Shown: positions 33,919-49,991, counted from the first letter of the stretch. The stretch: 64,000 nt of DNA from Alphaproteobacteria bacterium (GCA_963667785.2 CAXXMU010000006.1:224001-288000), one strand, 5' to 3'. Notes: generated by a model not told the origin, from the letters alone. Program-made: numbers and translations.

Positions 33919-34686
33919 ATGACACCGGATTGCGCACCGGAGTCGGCCAGCCAGCCCCGGAGGCGCGCGAGCGCGCAGGGCTGGGCGCTCCTCGTTGCCG
34001 CGCTGCTCTGGGTCGCGGCTGCCGTGCCGGCGGATGCGGCCGACCTGCTCGCCCAGGGCGCCGCCGCCTTCGAGGCCGGCAACTACGAGGACGCGGCGAA
34101 CGCCTGGCGCCCGCTCGCCGAGGAGGGCGACGCGAAGGCCCAGTTCAACATGGGTCTCCTCCACGAGGCCGGTCTCGGCGTGCCGGAAGACGAGGCGCAG
34201 GCCGCCGCCTGGTACGAACGCGCCGCCCTGCAGGGCGTGACGGCCGCGCAGTACAACTTGGCGGTGCTGCTGCAGGAGGGGCGCGGCGTGCCGGAGGATG
34301 CGGCGCGGGCGCTCTACTGGCTCGAGGTGGCGTCGCTGCACGGCGAGGGCAGCGAGCGGGAGCAGGCGGCGGACGCGGCCGCGCGCCTGGCGGAGACCCG
34401 GCCGGCGGACGAGGCCGAGGCCGCCCGCACCCACGCGCAGACCTTTGCGCCGGGCGGGGAGGCCCTTCCGGCGGCGGCGGACTCCACCCTGATCCTCTCG
34501 ACCACGCAGGTGGAGGAGCTGCAGCGCCGGCTCGCGGCGCACGGCTACGAGCCGGGGCCGGCGGACGGCGTGCCCGGCGCGCAGACCCACCGCGCGGTAC
34601 GCGACTATCTCGCCGACCGGGGCCTGGACTGGCCCGAGGGCGAGCTTCTGACCCAGCGCCTGCTGGACCTCGTCCGCGCGCCCTGA
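33919..34686 (+). CDS. Secreted Sel1-repeat protein with C-terminal peptidoglycan-binding domain
   Basis: Signal-like N-terminus, AQFNMGLLH..G.GV and AQYNLAVLL repeats, ELQRRLAAHGYEPGPADG. Confidence 0.85.
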   Translation: MTPDCAPESASQPRRRASAQGWALLVAALLWVAAAVPADAADLLAQGAAAFEAGNYEDAANAWRPLAEEGDAKAQFNMGLLHEAGLGVPEDEAQAAAWYERAALQGVTAAQYNLAVLLQEGRGVPEDAARALYWLEVASLHGEGSEREQAADAAARLAETRPADEAEAARTHAQTFAPGGEALPAAADSTLILSTTQVEELQRRLAAHGYEPGPADGVPGAQTHRAVRDYLADRGLDWPEGELLTQRLLDLVRAP

Positions 34687-34697
34687 GCCCCCCTGCA

Positions 34698-34798
34698 CGT
34701 CATGGCCGGGCTTGTCCCGGCCATCCACGTGCTTTTCGTGCAGCAGGAGCAAAGAACGTGGATGCCCGGAACGAGTCCGGGCAGTTCCGGGCATCACG
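34698..34798. repeat. CGTC-type REP doublet, copy 2
   Basis: CGTCATGGCCGGGCTTGTCCCGGCCATCCACG...GTGGATGCCCGG, with TCCGGGCA duplicated in the right arm. Confidence 0.88.
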
Positions 34799-34839
34799 GC
34801 CCGTGAGGTATCCATCGCTAAAACGTTCGGAAGAGTGAA

Positions 34840-35247
34840 ATGACAGAAACCGTCATCCCGCGGAGGTCCGTTGGCGCCGTTACGCTTCTGGTCCCGGACT
34901 ATCAGGAGGCCATCGACTATTTCGTAGGCACGCTTGGCTTCACGCTCGTCGAGGACACGAGGCTTTCGGAAGGAAAGCCATGGGTCCTGGTTTCGCCGGG
35001 AGCCGGCACATGTCTTCTTCTGGCCAAGGCGAACGGCGAACGCCAAATCGCTGCGATAGGGAACCAGTCGGGTGGACGCGTGTTTCTGTTTCTGACGACG
35101 GATGATTTCTGGCGCGACTTTCGGACTTACAGGAGCCGGGGCGTCGAGTTTCAAGAGGAGCCCAGGCACGAAGAGTACGGCCTGGTGGCTGTATTCACGG
35201 ACAAATTCGGCAACCAGTGGGATCTCATCGAACCGGATTCAAACTAG
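34840..35247 (+). CDS. VOC (glyoxalase) family protein
   Basis: VPDYQEAIDYF, GNQSGGRVFLFL, PRHEEYG.VAVF.D.FGN.WDL. Confidence 0.9.
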   Translation: MTETVIPRRSVGAVTLLVPDYQEAIDYFVGTLGFTLVEDTRLSEGKPWVLVSPGAGTCLLLAKANGERQIAAIGNQSGGRVFLFLTTDDFWRDFRTYRSRGVEFQEEPRHEEYGLVAVFTDKFGNQWDLIEPDSN

Positions 35248-35340
35248 CCCGGTCTTCGTCGGAGGCATGCCGCATGAGGGCGATAGCCGCGCGGAGAACG
35301 CGCGCCGATACGCCTGCACGTGATCTTCGAGAACGGCCGG

Positions 35341-37323
<1,983 letters not shown>

Positions 37324-37487
37324 GCGGGTCATTCCTCTCCGGGCCTCGGCATCGGGCGGGCGCCGGTCGATCACGCACGGGCACTAGACACCCGTCGGAC
37401 GGTACGGGAGCGCGCCTGCGCCGCCTGCGCCCGATTCGCGTGATGTGGGGTCGGGGGCCGCCGGATCAAGCCCCCACGTCTCGCCCA

Positions 37488-37516
37488 ATTCTCCGAAACC
37501 ATCGTCCACCTGTCAA
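37488..37516 (-). promoter_or_regulatory. Sigma70-type promoter of rpoD
   Basis: Minus strand TTGACA-N17-GAGAAT. Confidence 0.6.
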
Positions 37517-37565
37517 GCGCGCCGCGAATGGCGGCAGGGCAGGGCCGATGGAACCGTCCACCCGG

Positions 37566-39392
37566 CTACGCCCCGCCGGTGGGCGGCGCGGCGCCGAGAT
37601 CGGGCAGGTCGGCGTCCTTCTCGGCGGCCTCCTGCAGGCGCAGGATTCGCTCGCGCGCACGCTCCCACGCCGCTTCGTCGGTGTGGGCGCCCTCGGCCTC
37701 CGACTGCGCCGCCCGCTCCTCGACGTGCTGGCGCTGCCTCTTCAGGATCGTCTCGAACAGGACGAGGGCGCTCTCCATGCTCTCCGGCCTGTCGAGATAG
37801 TACGCCTCATCGCCGGCGAGTTCCTCGACCACGTTGGCGAATCCGCGCTCGACGAGGAAGGCCCGCAAGCCGGCGTCCTCCGGGCCGGGTCCGGCCTCGG
37901 CCCAGTCGACGGCCGCGGCCGCGACCCTCTCGTAGCGCGCCGTCTCGAAGGGAAAGCCGGCCACCGCCTCGCTCTGCTCCAGCATCAGCGCGGGGAAGGC
38001 GAGCAGGGTCTGGAGCAGGGTGCGCTCGCGGGGCTGGGCCGTGCCGCCGCCGCCGGGGCCGAGCACGGCGCTCCGGGAAACCTTCGGCTCCGCGACGACC
38101 GGAGGGCGCCGTCCGTCATGCCGCCGCTCCTGCGCCTGCGGCCACAGCTGCGTGCGGAACTGCTCGAGATAGTCGCGCCTGAGATCGGGGTCGGGGATCG
38201 GGCCGACCGTATCCCGGAGCTGCTTGTTGACCCGCGCGCGGGCCTCCGGCGTATCCAGCGCCCGGCCGCCGACCGCCATCTCCCAGAGCTGCCGGGAAAG
38301 CGGGATCGCGGCATCGATGATCTCCTCCATCGCCCGGCGGCCGCGATCGCGCACCATGGTGTCGGGATCCTGCCCTGCCGGCAGCGACGCGAAGCGGAGC
38401 GAGCGCGGCGGCTGCAGCCCCGGCAGGGCGCGCTCCACGGCGCGGGCTGCGGCACGGGCGCCCGCCTCGTCGCCGTCGAAGCAGAGCACCGGCTCCTCGG
38501 CGAGGCGCCAGAGGCCCTCAAGCTGCCGCTCGGTGAGCGCGGTGCCGAGCGGCGCGACCGCCTCCGCCATGCCCGCCTGGTGCAGCGCGATCACGTCCAT
38601 GTAGCCCTCGACCGCGATGACCCGGCCGGCCTTGCGGGCTGCCGGCGCGGCGAGATGCTGGCCGTAAAGCAGGCTGCCCTTGGCGAAGAGCGGGGTCTCC
38701 GGCGAGTTGAGATATTTCGGCTGGCTCTCGCCGAGCGCCCGGCCGCCGAAGGCGATGACGCGGCCGCGCCGGTCGCAGATGGGGAAGATCACGCGGCCCC
38801 GGAAGCGGTCGTAGGGCGTGCGCCCGTCGTCCGGTGCGATGACGAGACCGGCCTGCAGCCGCATCGTCTCGGGCACGCCGTCCTTCTCCAGCTTCGTGCG
38901 GAGCGCCGTACGACTGTCGGGCGCGTAGCCGAGACGGAACTGGGCGCGGGTTTCCTCGTCGACGCCGCGCTCCGCGAGATAGCGCCGGGCCGCCGCGCCG
39001 CGCGCGCTGGCGAGCTCCGCCTCGAACCAGGCGGCGGCGCTCTCGACCACGCCGTAGAGCGAGTGCCGCTCCCGCTCGCGCTGCTCGGCGCGCGGGTCGC
39101 GCGCAGGGAGTGCCAAGCCCGCATCGCCCGCCAGCCGCTCCACCGCCTCGGGGAAGGAGAGACCCTCGTCCCGCATGACGAAGCCGATGACGTCGCCGTG
39201 GGCGCCGCAGCCGAAGCAGTGGAAGAAGCCCTTCTCCTCATTCACCGTGAACGACGGGGTCTTCTCCTTGTGGAAGGGGCAGAGGCCGGTCAGCTCGCGC
39301 CCGCGGCGGACGAGACGCACGCGCTTGGAGATCACGCTCTCCAGCGAGAGGCGTGTGCGGATCTCGTCCAGGAATTGCGGCGGGAACCTCAT
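37566..39392 (-). CDS. dnaG: DNA primase
   Basis: CPFHKEKTPSF..CFGC zinc finger, KYLNSPET, EGYMDV, FDGD. Confidence 0.98.
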   Translation of the reverse strand: MRFPPQFLDEIRTRLSLESVISKRVRLVRRGRELTGLCPFHKEKTPSFTVNEEKGFFHCFGCGAHGDVIGFVMRDEGLSFPEAVERLAGDAGLALPARDPRAEQRERERHSLYGVVESAAAWFEAELASARGAAARRYLAERGVDEETRAQFRLGYAPDSRTALRTKLEKDGVPETMRLQAGLVIAPDDGRTPYDRFRGRVIFPICDRRGRVIAFGGRALGESQPKYLNSPETPLFAKGSLLYGQHLAAPAARKAGRVIAVEGYMDVIALHQAGMAEAVAPLGTALTERQLEGLWRLAEEPVLCFDGDEAGARAAARAVERALPGLQPPRSLRFASLPAGQDPDTMVRDRGRRAMEEIIDAAIPLSRQLWEMAVGGRALDTPEARARVNKQLRDTVGPIPDPDLRRDYLEQFRTQLWPQAQERRHDGRRPPVVAEPKVSRSAVLGPGGGGTAQPRERTLLQTLLAFPALMLEQSEAVAGFPFETARYERVAAAAVDWAEAGPGPEDAGLRAFLVERGFANVVEELAGDEAYYLDRPESMESALVLFETILKRQRQHVEERAAQSEAEGAHTDEAAWERARERILRLQEAAEKDADLPDLGAAPPTGGA

Positions 39393-39557
39393 ATCCTCAC
39401 GCCTGTCCGGCCATCCATCATGGCCCGGCCTGCGCCTCTTTCCCAGCCTGCGAACGGATGCCGGGAGGCGCCCTGTCGTATCGCCCCTCGCCCGGCGGCC
39501 CGGCTCCCGCTTCGCCCTGCGCGCTTTGGCCAGCGAGAGCCGTCGGTGGACGCGGAG

Positions 39558-40016
39558 TCAGCCCGAGGCGAGCAGCTCCCTGACCAGGCCGCTCGCCTTG
39601 GCGAAGTCCATGCGGCCCGAGTATTTCGCCTTCAGGCACGCCATCGTGCGGCCCATGTCCTTGATCGTGCTCGCTTCGAGGTCGTCGACGACGCTGCGCA
39701 CCGCCGAGATCAGGTCGTCGCCCTCGATCGCCGGCGGCAGGAATGTCTGGATCGCCGCGATTTCCTCGGCCTCGCGCTCGGCGAGGTCGATGCGGCCGCC
39801 GCGTTCGTACTGCTCGATGCTTTCGCGCCGCTGCCGGATCATGGTCTGCAGCAGCAGCAGGATCTGGTGGTCGTCGAGGTCGCCGTTACCCTTGCCGCGT
39901 TCGGCGATGTCGCGGTCCTTGAGCGCCGCAAGAATCAGCCTGATCGTCGCCACCCGCAAGGGTTCTCGCGCCTTCATGGCACGCTTGAGCGCGTCCTCCA
40001 GCTGCGGTCGCAGCAT
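39558..40016 (-). CDS. GatB/YqeY domain protein
   Basis: LKRAMKA, QRRESI.QY..GGR.DLAERE, KDMG. Confidence 0.92.
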   Translation of the reverse strand: MLRPQLEDALKRAMKAREPLRVATIRLILAALKDRDIAERGKGNGDLDDHQILLLLQTMIRQRRESIEQYERGGRIDLAEREAEEIAAIQTFLPPAIEGDDLISAVRSVVDDLEASTIKDMGRTMACLKAKYSGRMDFAKASGLVRELLASG

Positions 40017-40247
40017 GGGCACTCTCCCACTCGCTCGGAATGGCATGGACTATAGACGCCCCGTACCGGCGATCAACGACGTTTCGTCCTTGACATCCGC
40101 GGCGATTATCAATTCGGGACGGCCGCCGGCGGAGGAAGGGCGACGGGCGGGCGGGCGCGCTTGACCCCGGCATGGCCCCGACTACACTCCGCGCATCACT
40201 GATCGGACGGGGCGGCGGCGAGGCGCGGCCGGTCCGCAGGAAAATCG

Positions 40248-41399
40248 ATGTCCGGGACTGGATCGACAACCGCCACTGCGGCGCTCGCGCTCGCCGACGG
40301 AACGGTCTTTCGCGGCCGCGGCCTTGGCGCCCGCGGCGAGGCCGTGGGCGAGATCTGCTTCAACACCGCGATGAGCGGCTATCAGGAAATCCTGACCGAT
40401 CCCTCCTACGCTGGGCAGATCATCACCTTCACCTTCCCCCACATCGGCAACGTGGGAACCAACGAGGACGACCTCGAGGCGGGCACACCGGCGGCGCGCG
40501 GGCTGGTGCTGCGCGCCGACATCACCGAGCCCTCGAACTGGCGCGCGGCCCAGCACCTCGAACGCTGGCTCGAGCGGCACGGCCTCGTCGGCATCGCCGG
40601 CATCGACACCAGGCGGCTGACCCGTCTGCTGCGCACCGGCGGCGCGCAGGACGGCGCGCTCGCACATAGCGATACGCCGGAGGCGATCGACGAGGCCGCG
40701 CTCGTCGCCAAGGCGCGCGCCTGGCCGGGTCTGAAGGGCATGGACCTAGCTCGGGAGGTGTGTTGCCGCCAGTCCTACGACTGGACAGAGACCACCTGGG
40801 ACCCGGCGAGCGCGGGCTACGGCACCCTCGCCGCGCCGCGTCATCACGTCGTCGCCGTCGACTACGGCGCGAAGCGCAACATCCTGCGCTCGCTGGCGTC
40901 AGCCGGCTGCCGCGTGACCGTCGTCCCCGCCACGGCGGATGCCGAGACGATCCTCGGGCACGGGCCGGACGGCATCTTCCTCTCGAATGGGCCAGGCGAC
41001 CCGGCGGCGACCGGCACCTACGCCGTGCCCGTCATCCGCGAGCTGATGGCAAGCGGGCTGCCGATCTTCGGCATCTGCCTCGGCCACCAGCTGCTCGCGC
41101 TGGCGCTCGGCGCCGAGACCCGGAAGATGCCCTTCGGCCACCGCGGCGCCAACCACCCGGTCAAGGAGATCGAGACCGGGCGGGTCGAGATCACCAGCCA
41201 GAACCACGGCTTCGAGGTCACGGCGGAATCGCTGCCGACCGGCGTGACCGCCACGCACGTCTCCCTCTTCGACGGCACGCTGGAGGGGCTTACGGTCGAC
41301 GAGCGGCCGATCTTCTCGGTCCAGTACCACCCGGAAGCCTCGCCCGGCCCGCAGGATGCCCAGCATCTCTTCGGCCGGTTCGTCGCGCTGATGGGCTGA
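40248..41399 (+). CDS. carA: Carbamoyl-phosphate synthase small subunit
   Basis: [35 protein letters not shown]. Confidence 0.98.
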   Translation: MSGTGSTTATAALALADGTVFRGRGLGARGEAVGEICFNTAMSGYQEILTDPSYAGQIITFTFPHIGNVGTNEDDLEAGTPAARGLVLRADITEPSNWRAAQHLERWLERHGLVGIAGIDTRRLTRLLRTGGAQDGALAHSDTPEAIDEAALVAKARAWPGLKGMDLAREVCCRQSYDWTETTWDPASAGYGTLAAPRHHVVAVDYGAKRNILRSLASAGCRVTVVPATADAETILGHGPDGIFLSNGPGDPAATGTYAVPVIRELMASGLPIFGICLGHQLLALALGAETRKMPFGHRGANHPVKEIETGRVEITSQNHGFEVTAESLPTGVTATHVSLFDGTLEGLTVDERPIFSVQYHPEASPGPQDAQHLFGRFVALMG

Positions 41400-41416
41400 G
41401 GGCGGGACTCCGGACC

Positions 41417-44692
<3,276 letters not shown>

Positions 44693-44756
44693 CGCGCAAT
44701 CATCCGCAGGCTCGGGAGAGGGCGCGCCCCGGAAGAGGGCGCGCAGGAGTCCGGCG

Positions 44757-45227
44757 ATGGACAGGCATCTGATGACGCCCGAGGGGCACAAGCGCCTCAA
44801 GGACGAGCTGCGCCGGCTCAAGGCGGAGCGGCCCCGCATCGTGCGCGAGATCGCCGCCGCCCGTGAGCACGGCGACCTCTCGGAGAACGCCGAGTACCAC
44901 GCCGCGAAGGACCGCCAGGGGCTCACCGAGGCGCGCATCCTCGAGCTCGAGGCGAAGATCGGCGGCGCCGAGGTGATCGACACCAGCACGCTCTCCGGCG
45001 ACCGGGTGCAGTTCGGCGCGACGGTCTCCATCGTCGACGAGGACACGGAGGCCGAGAGCACCTACCAGATCGTCGGCGCCGACGAGGCCGATGCGAGCGA
45101 GGGTCGCCTCTCCATCACCTCGCCGCTGGCACGCGCGCTGGTGGGCCGGGCGACCGGCGATTCCGTGGAGCTAGAGACTCCCGGCGGGCGCCACACCTAC
45201 GAGATCACCGCCGTCCTCTACGGCTAA
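44757..45227 (+). CDS. greA: Transcription elongation factor GreA
   Basis: HGDLSENAEYHAAK, SITSPLARAL. Confidence 0.97.
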   Translation: MDRHLMTPEGHKRLKDELRRLKAERPRIVREIAAAREHGDLSENAEYHAAKDRQGLTEARILELEAKIGGAEVIDTSTLSGDRVQFGATVSIVDEDTEAESTYQIVGADEADASEGRLSITSPLARALVGRATGDSVELETPGGRHTYEITAVLYG

Positions 45228-45355
45228 TCGGCCCCGCTACCCGCCTGGCGGAGACTGGCCGGTTTCCGTCGCAATTCCGACAGTGCGCGGCGGCGCGCGT
45301 GCGCACCGTGCCCCGTGGGGTAAGATCGGGCACGAACAGCGGCGGATTCCCTGAC

Positions 45356-46921
45356 ATGACGGCAGCAGCAGACGACGGCGAAGGCAAGGCGAGGCGAGGC
45401 GGCCGGCGAGGCGGCGGTCGCGCCGCACGGCGCGCGGAGCGGAGCGGCGGCAAGATCGAGCACCTGCGCTACATCACGCGCGACATCCCCTCGGTGGGGC
45501 TGCTCACCGACGAGGGCCTGGCGCTCATCGAGGAGAACGCGGAGACCATCCTCGAGGAGATCGGGATCGACTTCCGCGAGGACGCGGAGGCGCTCGCGCT
45601 GTTCCGGGAGGCCGGCGCCGACATCGACGGCGAGAGGGTGCGCTTTCCGCGCGGGCTCGCGCGCCGCCTGGTATCGACGGCGCCCGCCAGCTTCACCCAG
45701 GTCGCGCGCAATCCCGAGCGCTCGGTGGAAATGGGCGGCCCCAACACGGTCTTCGCGCCGGTCTACGGGCCCCCCTTCATCTACGACATCGAGAAGGGGC
45801 GCCGCTACGCCCAGCTCGAGGACTTCCAGAACCTGGTCAAGCTCTCCTACATGACGCCGGCCATGCACCACTCCGGCGGCACCGTCTGCGAGCCGGTCGA
45901 CGTGCCCGTCAACAAGCGCCATCTCGACATGGTCTACGCGCACATGCGCTATTCCGACAAGCCGTTCATGGGCTCGGTCACGCACCCGGAGCGCGCCGCC
46001 GATTCCGTCGAGATGGCCAAGATCCTCTTCGGCGCCGACGTCGTCGACAGCCAGGCCGTCATGGTCAGCCTGATCAACGCCAACTCGCCGATGACCTTCG
46101 ACGCCACCATGCTGGGCGCGCTCAAGGTCTATGCCCGTGCCAATCAGGGCCTGCTCGTCACCCCCTTCATCCTGGCGGGCGCGATGGCGCCGGTCTCGCT
46201 CGCGGGCACCATGGCACAGACGCTCGCGGAGGCCATGGCGGGCATGGCGCTGGTCCAGCTCTGCCGGCCCGGCGCGCCGGTGATCTTCGGCAGCTTCCTC
46301 AGCTCGATGTCGATGCAGACGGGCGCGCCGACCTTCGGCACGCCGGAAGCGACACTCGCCATCTTCGGCCTCGCCGCCCTGGCCCGCCGCCTCGGCGTGC
46401 CCTTCCGCAGCGGCGGGGCGCTCACCGCGTCGAAGCTGCCGGACGCGCAGGCCGCCTACGAGAGCGCGAACACGCTGCTGCCGACCGTGCTCGCGGGCAC
46501 CAACTTCGTGCTCCACGGCGCCGGCTGGCTCGAAGGGGGTCTCGCCAGCGGCTACGAGAAGTTCGTCATGGACGCCGACCAGCTCGGCATGATGCAGGTG
46601 CTGGGGAGCGGCTACGACCTCACCGCCAACGGCCAGGCGATGGACGCGATCCGCGAGGTCGGCCCCGGCAGCCACTATCTCGGCTGCGCCCACACCCAGG
46701 CGAACTTCGAGACCGCCTTCTACCGCTCCACCGTCGCCGACAACTCGAGCTACGAGCAGTGGCAGGCCGACGGCTCGAAGAACGCGACGCAGCGGGCGCA
46801 CGATCTCTACAAGGCGATGCTGGCGGACTACGAGGCGCCGCCCATCGACCCCGGCATCGACGAGGCGCTGAAGGACTACGTGGCGAAGAAGAAGGCCTCC
46901 ATGCCCGACGCCTTCGCTTGA
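45356..46921 (+). CDS. Non-pyrrolysine trimethylamine methyltransferase family protein (MttB/MtgB-like)
   Basis: ARNPER, HSGGTVCEP.DVP, NANSP, GAPTFGTPE, DAQAAYES, HGAGWLEGG; no in-frame TAG. Confidence 0.92.
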   Translation: MTAAADDGEGKARRGGRRGGGRAARRAERSGGKIEHLRYITRDIPSVGLLTDEGLALIEENAETILEEIGIDFREDAEALALFREAGADIDGERVRFPRGLARRLVSTAPASFTQVARNPERSVEMGGPNTVFAPVYGPPFIYDIEKGRRYAQLEDFQNLVKLSYMTPAMHHSGGTVCEPVDVPVNKRHLDMVYAHMRYSDKPFMGSVTHPERAADSVEMAKILFGADVVDSQAVMVSLINANSPMTFDATMLGALKVYARANQGLLVTPFILAGAMAPVSLAGTMAQTLAEAMAGMALVQLCRPGAPVIFGSFLSSMSMQTGAPTFGTPEATLAIFGLAALARRLGVPFRSGGALTASKLPDAQAAYESANTLLPTVLAGTNFVLHGAGWLEGGLASGYEKFVMDADQLGMMQVLGSGYDLTANGQAMDAIREVGPGSHYLGCAHTQANFETAFYRSTVADNSSYEQWQADGSKNATQRAHDLYKAMLADYEAPPIDPGIDEALKDYVAKKKASMPDAFA

Positions 46922-46922
46922 T

Positions 46923-47042
46923 CTAGCCTCTTTGTCGCTCACGGCAGCCGACTTGCGGTCGGCGCCTCCGCGAGGGCGCCGCATAGGCGGCGGGCCGCGG
47001 TCGCGGCCTGTCGCGTATCCGTCAAAGACGGATACGCTCTAG
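46923..47042 (+). repeat. CTAG-bounded palindromic element, copy 3 (lacks left hairpin module)
   Basis: Starts at the internal CTAG-CCTCTTTGTCGCTC and ends GACGGATACGCTCTAG. Confidence 0.92.
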
Positions 47043-49045
47043 GACCGACTACGGCGGCGATTGCGGCGGCGCGCGGCCGGCGCCGGCGCCGCCTCCGTGG
47101 CAGGCAGGGCGACGTGGCTCGGCAGGTGGACGTAGGTCGCCGTGCCGTGGGGGATCGCCATGGCGTCGACGAAGTGGCGCTGGAAGGCGGGCTCGACGGC
47201 GGTCTCGACCTTCTCGATCCGGCGCACCACCGTCTCGATCTCGTCCCGCGCGGCCGCATCGAGCAGCGCGATCAGCGCGCCCGTGCCGGCGGCGTTCCCC
47301 GCAGCGGAGACCTTGTCGAGGGGGCAGTCCGGGATCATGCCGAGGGTCATGGCGTAGAGCGGGTCGATATGACTGCCGAAGGCGCCGGTCAGCACGATGC
47401 GGTCGACCGCCTCGATGCCGAAGCGGTCCATCAGGAGCCTGGCACCGGCCATCAGCGCCGCCTTGGCGAGCTGGATGGCGCGCACGTCGTTCTGATTGAC
47501 GATGATCTGGGGCTCGCCTGGATGGAGCACGTAGGCGAAGGTCCGCCCCTCCTCGACGATGCGCCCGGTGCGCGCCTGCGCAGCGCCCGAGATGGTGCCG
47601 TCCGCCAGCAGGATGCCGGCGAGATACATCTCGGCCAGCGCCTCGATGATGCCCGAGCCGCAGATGCCGGTGACCCCGGTGGCGGCGGTGGCCTCCGAAA
47701 AACCCTCCTCGTCGGACCAGAGCGCGCAGCCGATGACGCTGACCTTCGCCTCCAGTGTCTCCCGGTCGATCCGCACTCGCTCGATCGCGCCGGGCGCGGC
47801 CCGCTGGCCGGCCGTGATCTGCGCGCCCTCGAAGGCGGGCCCGGTGGGCGAGGACGCCGCCAGAAGCCGCTCCCGGTTGCCGAGCACGATCTCGGCGTTG
47901 GTGCCGACGTCGACGAGCAGCACTGTCTCCTCAGCCCGGTGCGGGGCCTCCGAGAGCACGACGCCCGCGGCGTCCGCCCCGACGTGGCCGGCGATGCAGG
48001 GCAGGACGTAGACGCGCCCGCCGGGGTTCATGTCGAGGCCGATGTCGCGCGCCTCATGGGTCAGCCCGCCCGAGCGCGCGAGCGCGAACGGCGCGCCGCC
48101 CAGCTCGGTCGGATCGATGCCGAGCAGCAGATGGTGCATGATCGGGTTGCCGACGAAGGTCGCGTTCAGGATGTCGCTCCGCTCCGCGCCCGCCTCTGCC
48201 GCGACCTCGCCGATCAGCGCGTTCACGGCTTCGCGCACGGCCTCGGTCAGCTCCGCCTCGCCGCCCGGGTTCATCATGACGTAGGAGACGCGGCTCATCA
48301 GATCCTCGCCGAAGCGGATCTGCGGGTTCATGCGGCCGGCGGACGCCACGACCTCGCCGCTGGATAACGCGGCCAGGTGGCAGGCGAGCGTCGTGGAGCC
48401 GATGTCGAAGGCGACGCCGAAGGCTCGGTCGCGGAAACCGGGCCAGACGGCGATGATGCGCGCGGCCCCGTGCACGGCGACCGTCGCCGACCATTCGCCG
48501 TCGCGGAGCGCGCGTTGCAGCCCCTGCAGCACGTGGAGGTCGCAGGCGAGGTCCTCGAGCCCCCATTGCGCGCCGAGCGCATCCGCCAGGCGTTCGAAGT
48601 CGCCGCTTGGCGCGTCCATGTCGGGCTCGGCGACCTCGACGTAGTGCAGCCGGATGGTGGGATCGACCGTGAAGTCGCGGGCTTCGGCGCGCTTGCGCAC
48701 GACCTGCTTGTGGACCTGGCTCTCGGGCGGGACGTCGATGACGAGGTCGCCCCGGATCAGCGACGAGCAGCCGAGGCGGCGGCCTTCCTTCAGAGTGCGG
48801 CGGGCGGCGTAGCGGGCTTCCTTCTCGCCCGGTGGGCTCAGATGGTCGGGCGCGCTCTCGATCCCGAACTTGGCGAAGTGGCCGGTGCCCGCCTCCACCT
48901 GGCAGCGGCCGCAGAGCCCGCGCCCGCCGCACACCGAATCGAGATCGACGCCGAGGGAGCGCGCGGCGTCGAGGACCGTCGTGCCGTGCGCGAAGCGCCC
49001 GCGCCTGCCGGATGGGGTAAAGACGACGAAGGCGTCTTCGGCCAT
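47039..49045 (-). CDS. ASKHA/DUF4445 ATP-dependent corrinoid reactivation protein (RamA/RACo-like) with N-terminal 2Fe-2S domain
   Basis: CGGRGLCGRC..C, DIGSTT, NPQIRFGEDLMSR, DVGTNAE, GPAFEG, GICGSG. Confidence 0.9.
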   Translation of the reverse strand: MAEDAFVVFTPSGRRGRFAHGTTVLDAARSLGVDLDSVCGGRGLCGRCQVEAGTGHFAKFGIESAPDHLSPPGEKEARYAARRTLKEGRRLGCSSLIRGDLVIDVPPESQVHKQVVRKRAEARDFTVDPTIRLHYVEVAEPDMDAPSGDFERLADALGAQWGLEDLACDLHVLQGLQRALRDGEWSATVAVHGAARIIAVWPGFRDRAFGVAFDIGSTTLACHLAALSSGEVVASAGRMNPQIRFGEDLMSRVSYVMMNPGGEAELTEAVREAVNALIGEVAAEAGAERSDILNATFVGNPIMHHLLLGIDPTELGGAPFALARSGGLTHEARDIGLDMNPGGRVYVLPCIAGHVGADAAGVVLSEAPHRAEETVLLVDVGTNAEIVLGNRERLLAASSPTGPAFEGAQITAGQRAAPGAIERVRIDRETLEAKVSVIGCALWSDEEGFSEATAATGVTGICGSGIIEALAEMYLAGILLADGTISGAAQARTGRIVEEGRTFAYVLHPGEPQIIVNQNDVRAIQLAKAALMAGARLLMDRFGIEAVDRIVLTGAFGSHIDPLYAMTLGMIPDCPLDKVSAAGNAAGTGALIALLDAAARDEIETVVRRIEKVETAVEPAFQRHFVDAMAIPHGTATYVHLPSHVALPATEAAPAPAARRRNRRRSRS

Positions 49046-49049
49046 GTCT

Positions 49050-49991
49050 TCAGGCGCTGACGGCGGCGCCCTCCCGCCGCCGGCGGCGACCCTCGCGCCG
49101 GCCGCGCCTGCCCTCGCCGCCGGCGCCGCCGGCGCCGCCCTCGGCCGCGGGCTCGCGGAAGCGGGTCAGCCAGCGGGCGCAGTCGGGGTCGTTGCCGTTC
49201 ATCATGTCGGCAGCCATGACCGCGGCGATCTCCGCCTCGTGCAGCGGGTTCATGATGGCGGACGTAAGCCCCGAGCGCGCCGCCATGCTGAGGAACGCCG
49301 CGTTCACGCTCGGCCGGTTGGGCAGGCCGAAGCCGATGTTGGAGGCGCCGCAGGTCGAGTTCACGCCGAGCTCCTCCTTGAGGCGCCGCATGATGGCGAA
49401 GGCCTGGACGCCGGCACTGTTGATGGCGCCGATGGGCATGACCAGCGGATCGACCACCACGTCCTCCTTGGGGATGCCGTGGTCCATGGCGCGCTCGACG
49501 ATCTTCTTGGCGATCGCGAAGCGCTCGTCCGGGTCTTCCGAGATGCCGCTCTCGTCGTTGGAGATGGCCACGACGGCGCAGCCGTACTTCTTCACCAGCG
49601 GCAGCACGGATTCGAGCCGCTCCTCCTCGCCGGTGACCGAGTTGAGCAACGGCTTGCCCTGGTAGGCCTCGAGCCCGGCCTCGAGCGCCGCCACGATCGA
49701 GCTGTCGATGGAGAGCGGGACGTCCACCAGCGACTGCACGAGCCGGATGCACTCGGCGAGGATCTTCGGCTCGTCGGCGAGCGGGACGCCGGCATTGACG
49801 TCGAGCATGTGCGCACCGGCCGCGACCTGCGCCAGCGCGTCCCTCTCCACCCGCGCATAGTCGCCGGCCGCCATCTCCGCCATCAGCAGCTTGCGGCCGG
49901 TCGGGTTGATGCGCTCGCCGATGATGCAGAAGGGCTCGTCGAAGCCGATCACCACCTCTTTCGTCGCGGAGCTGACCACGGTGCGTGTCAT
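49050..49991 (-). CDS. Methyltetrahydrofolate:corrinoid methyltransferase (stand-alone pterin-binding domain)
   Basis: IIGERINPTGRK, LDVNAG, SIDSS, DPLVMPI, GASNIGFGLP. Confidence 0.9.
   Translation of the reverse strand: MTRTVVSSATKEVVIGFDEPFCIIGERINPTGRKLLMAEMAAGDYARVERDALAQVAAGAHMLDVNAGVPLADEPKILAECIRLVQSLVDVPLSIDSSIVAALEAGLEAYQGKPLLNSVTGEEERLESVLPLVKKYGCAVVAISNDESGISEDPDERFAIAKKIVERAMDHGIPKEDVVVDPLVMPIGAINSAGVQAFAIMRRLKEELGVNSTCGASNIGFGLPNRPSVNAAFLSMAARSGLTSAIMNPLHEAEIAAVMAADMMNGNDPDCARWLTRFREPAAEGGAGGAGGEGRRGRREGRRRRREGAAVSA

Noticed and set aside
39393-39557. Degenerate REP-like sequence between yqeY and dnaG
   Set aside because: Only ~13 nt (GCGGCCCGGCTCC) match the tRNA-flanking repeat, which is not significant at this GC content.
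45356-46921. Pyrrolysine recoding in the MttB homologue
   Set aside because: Uninterrupted ORF with no in-frame TAG, and no pyl genes in the window.
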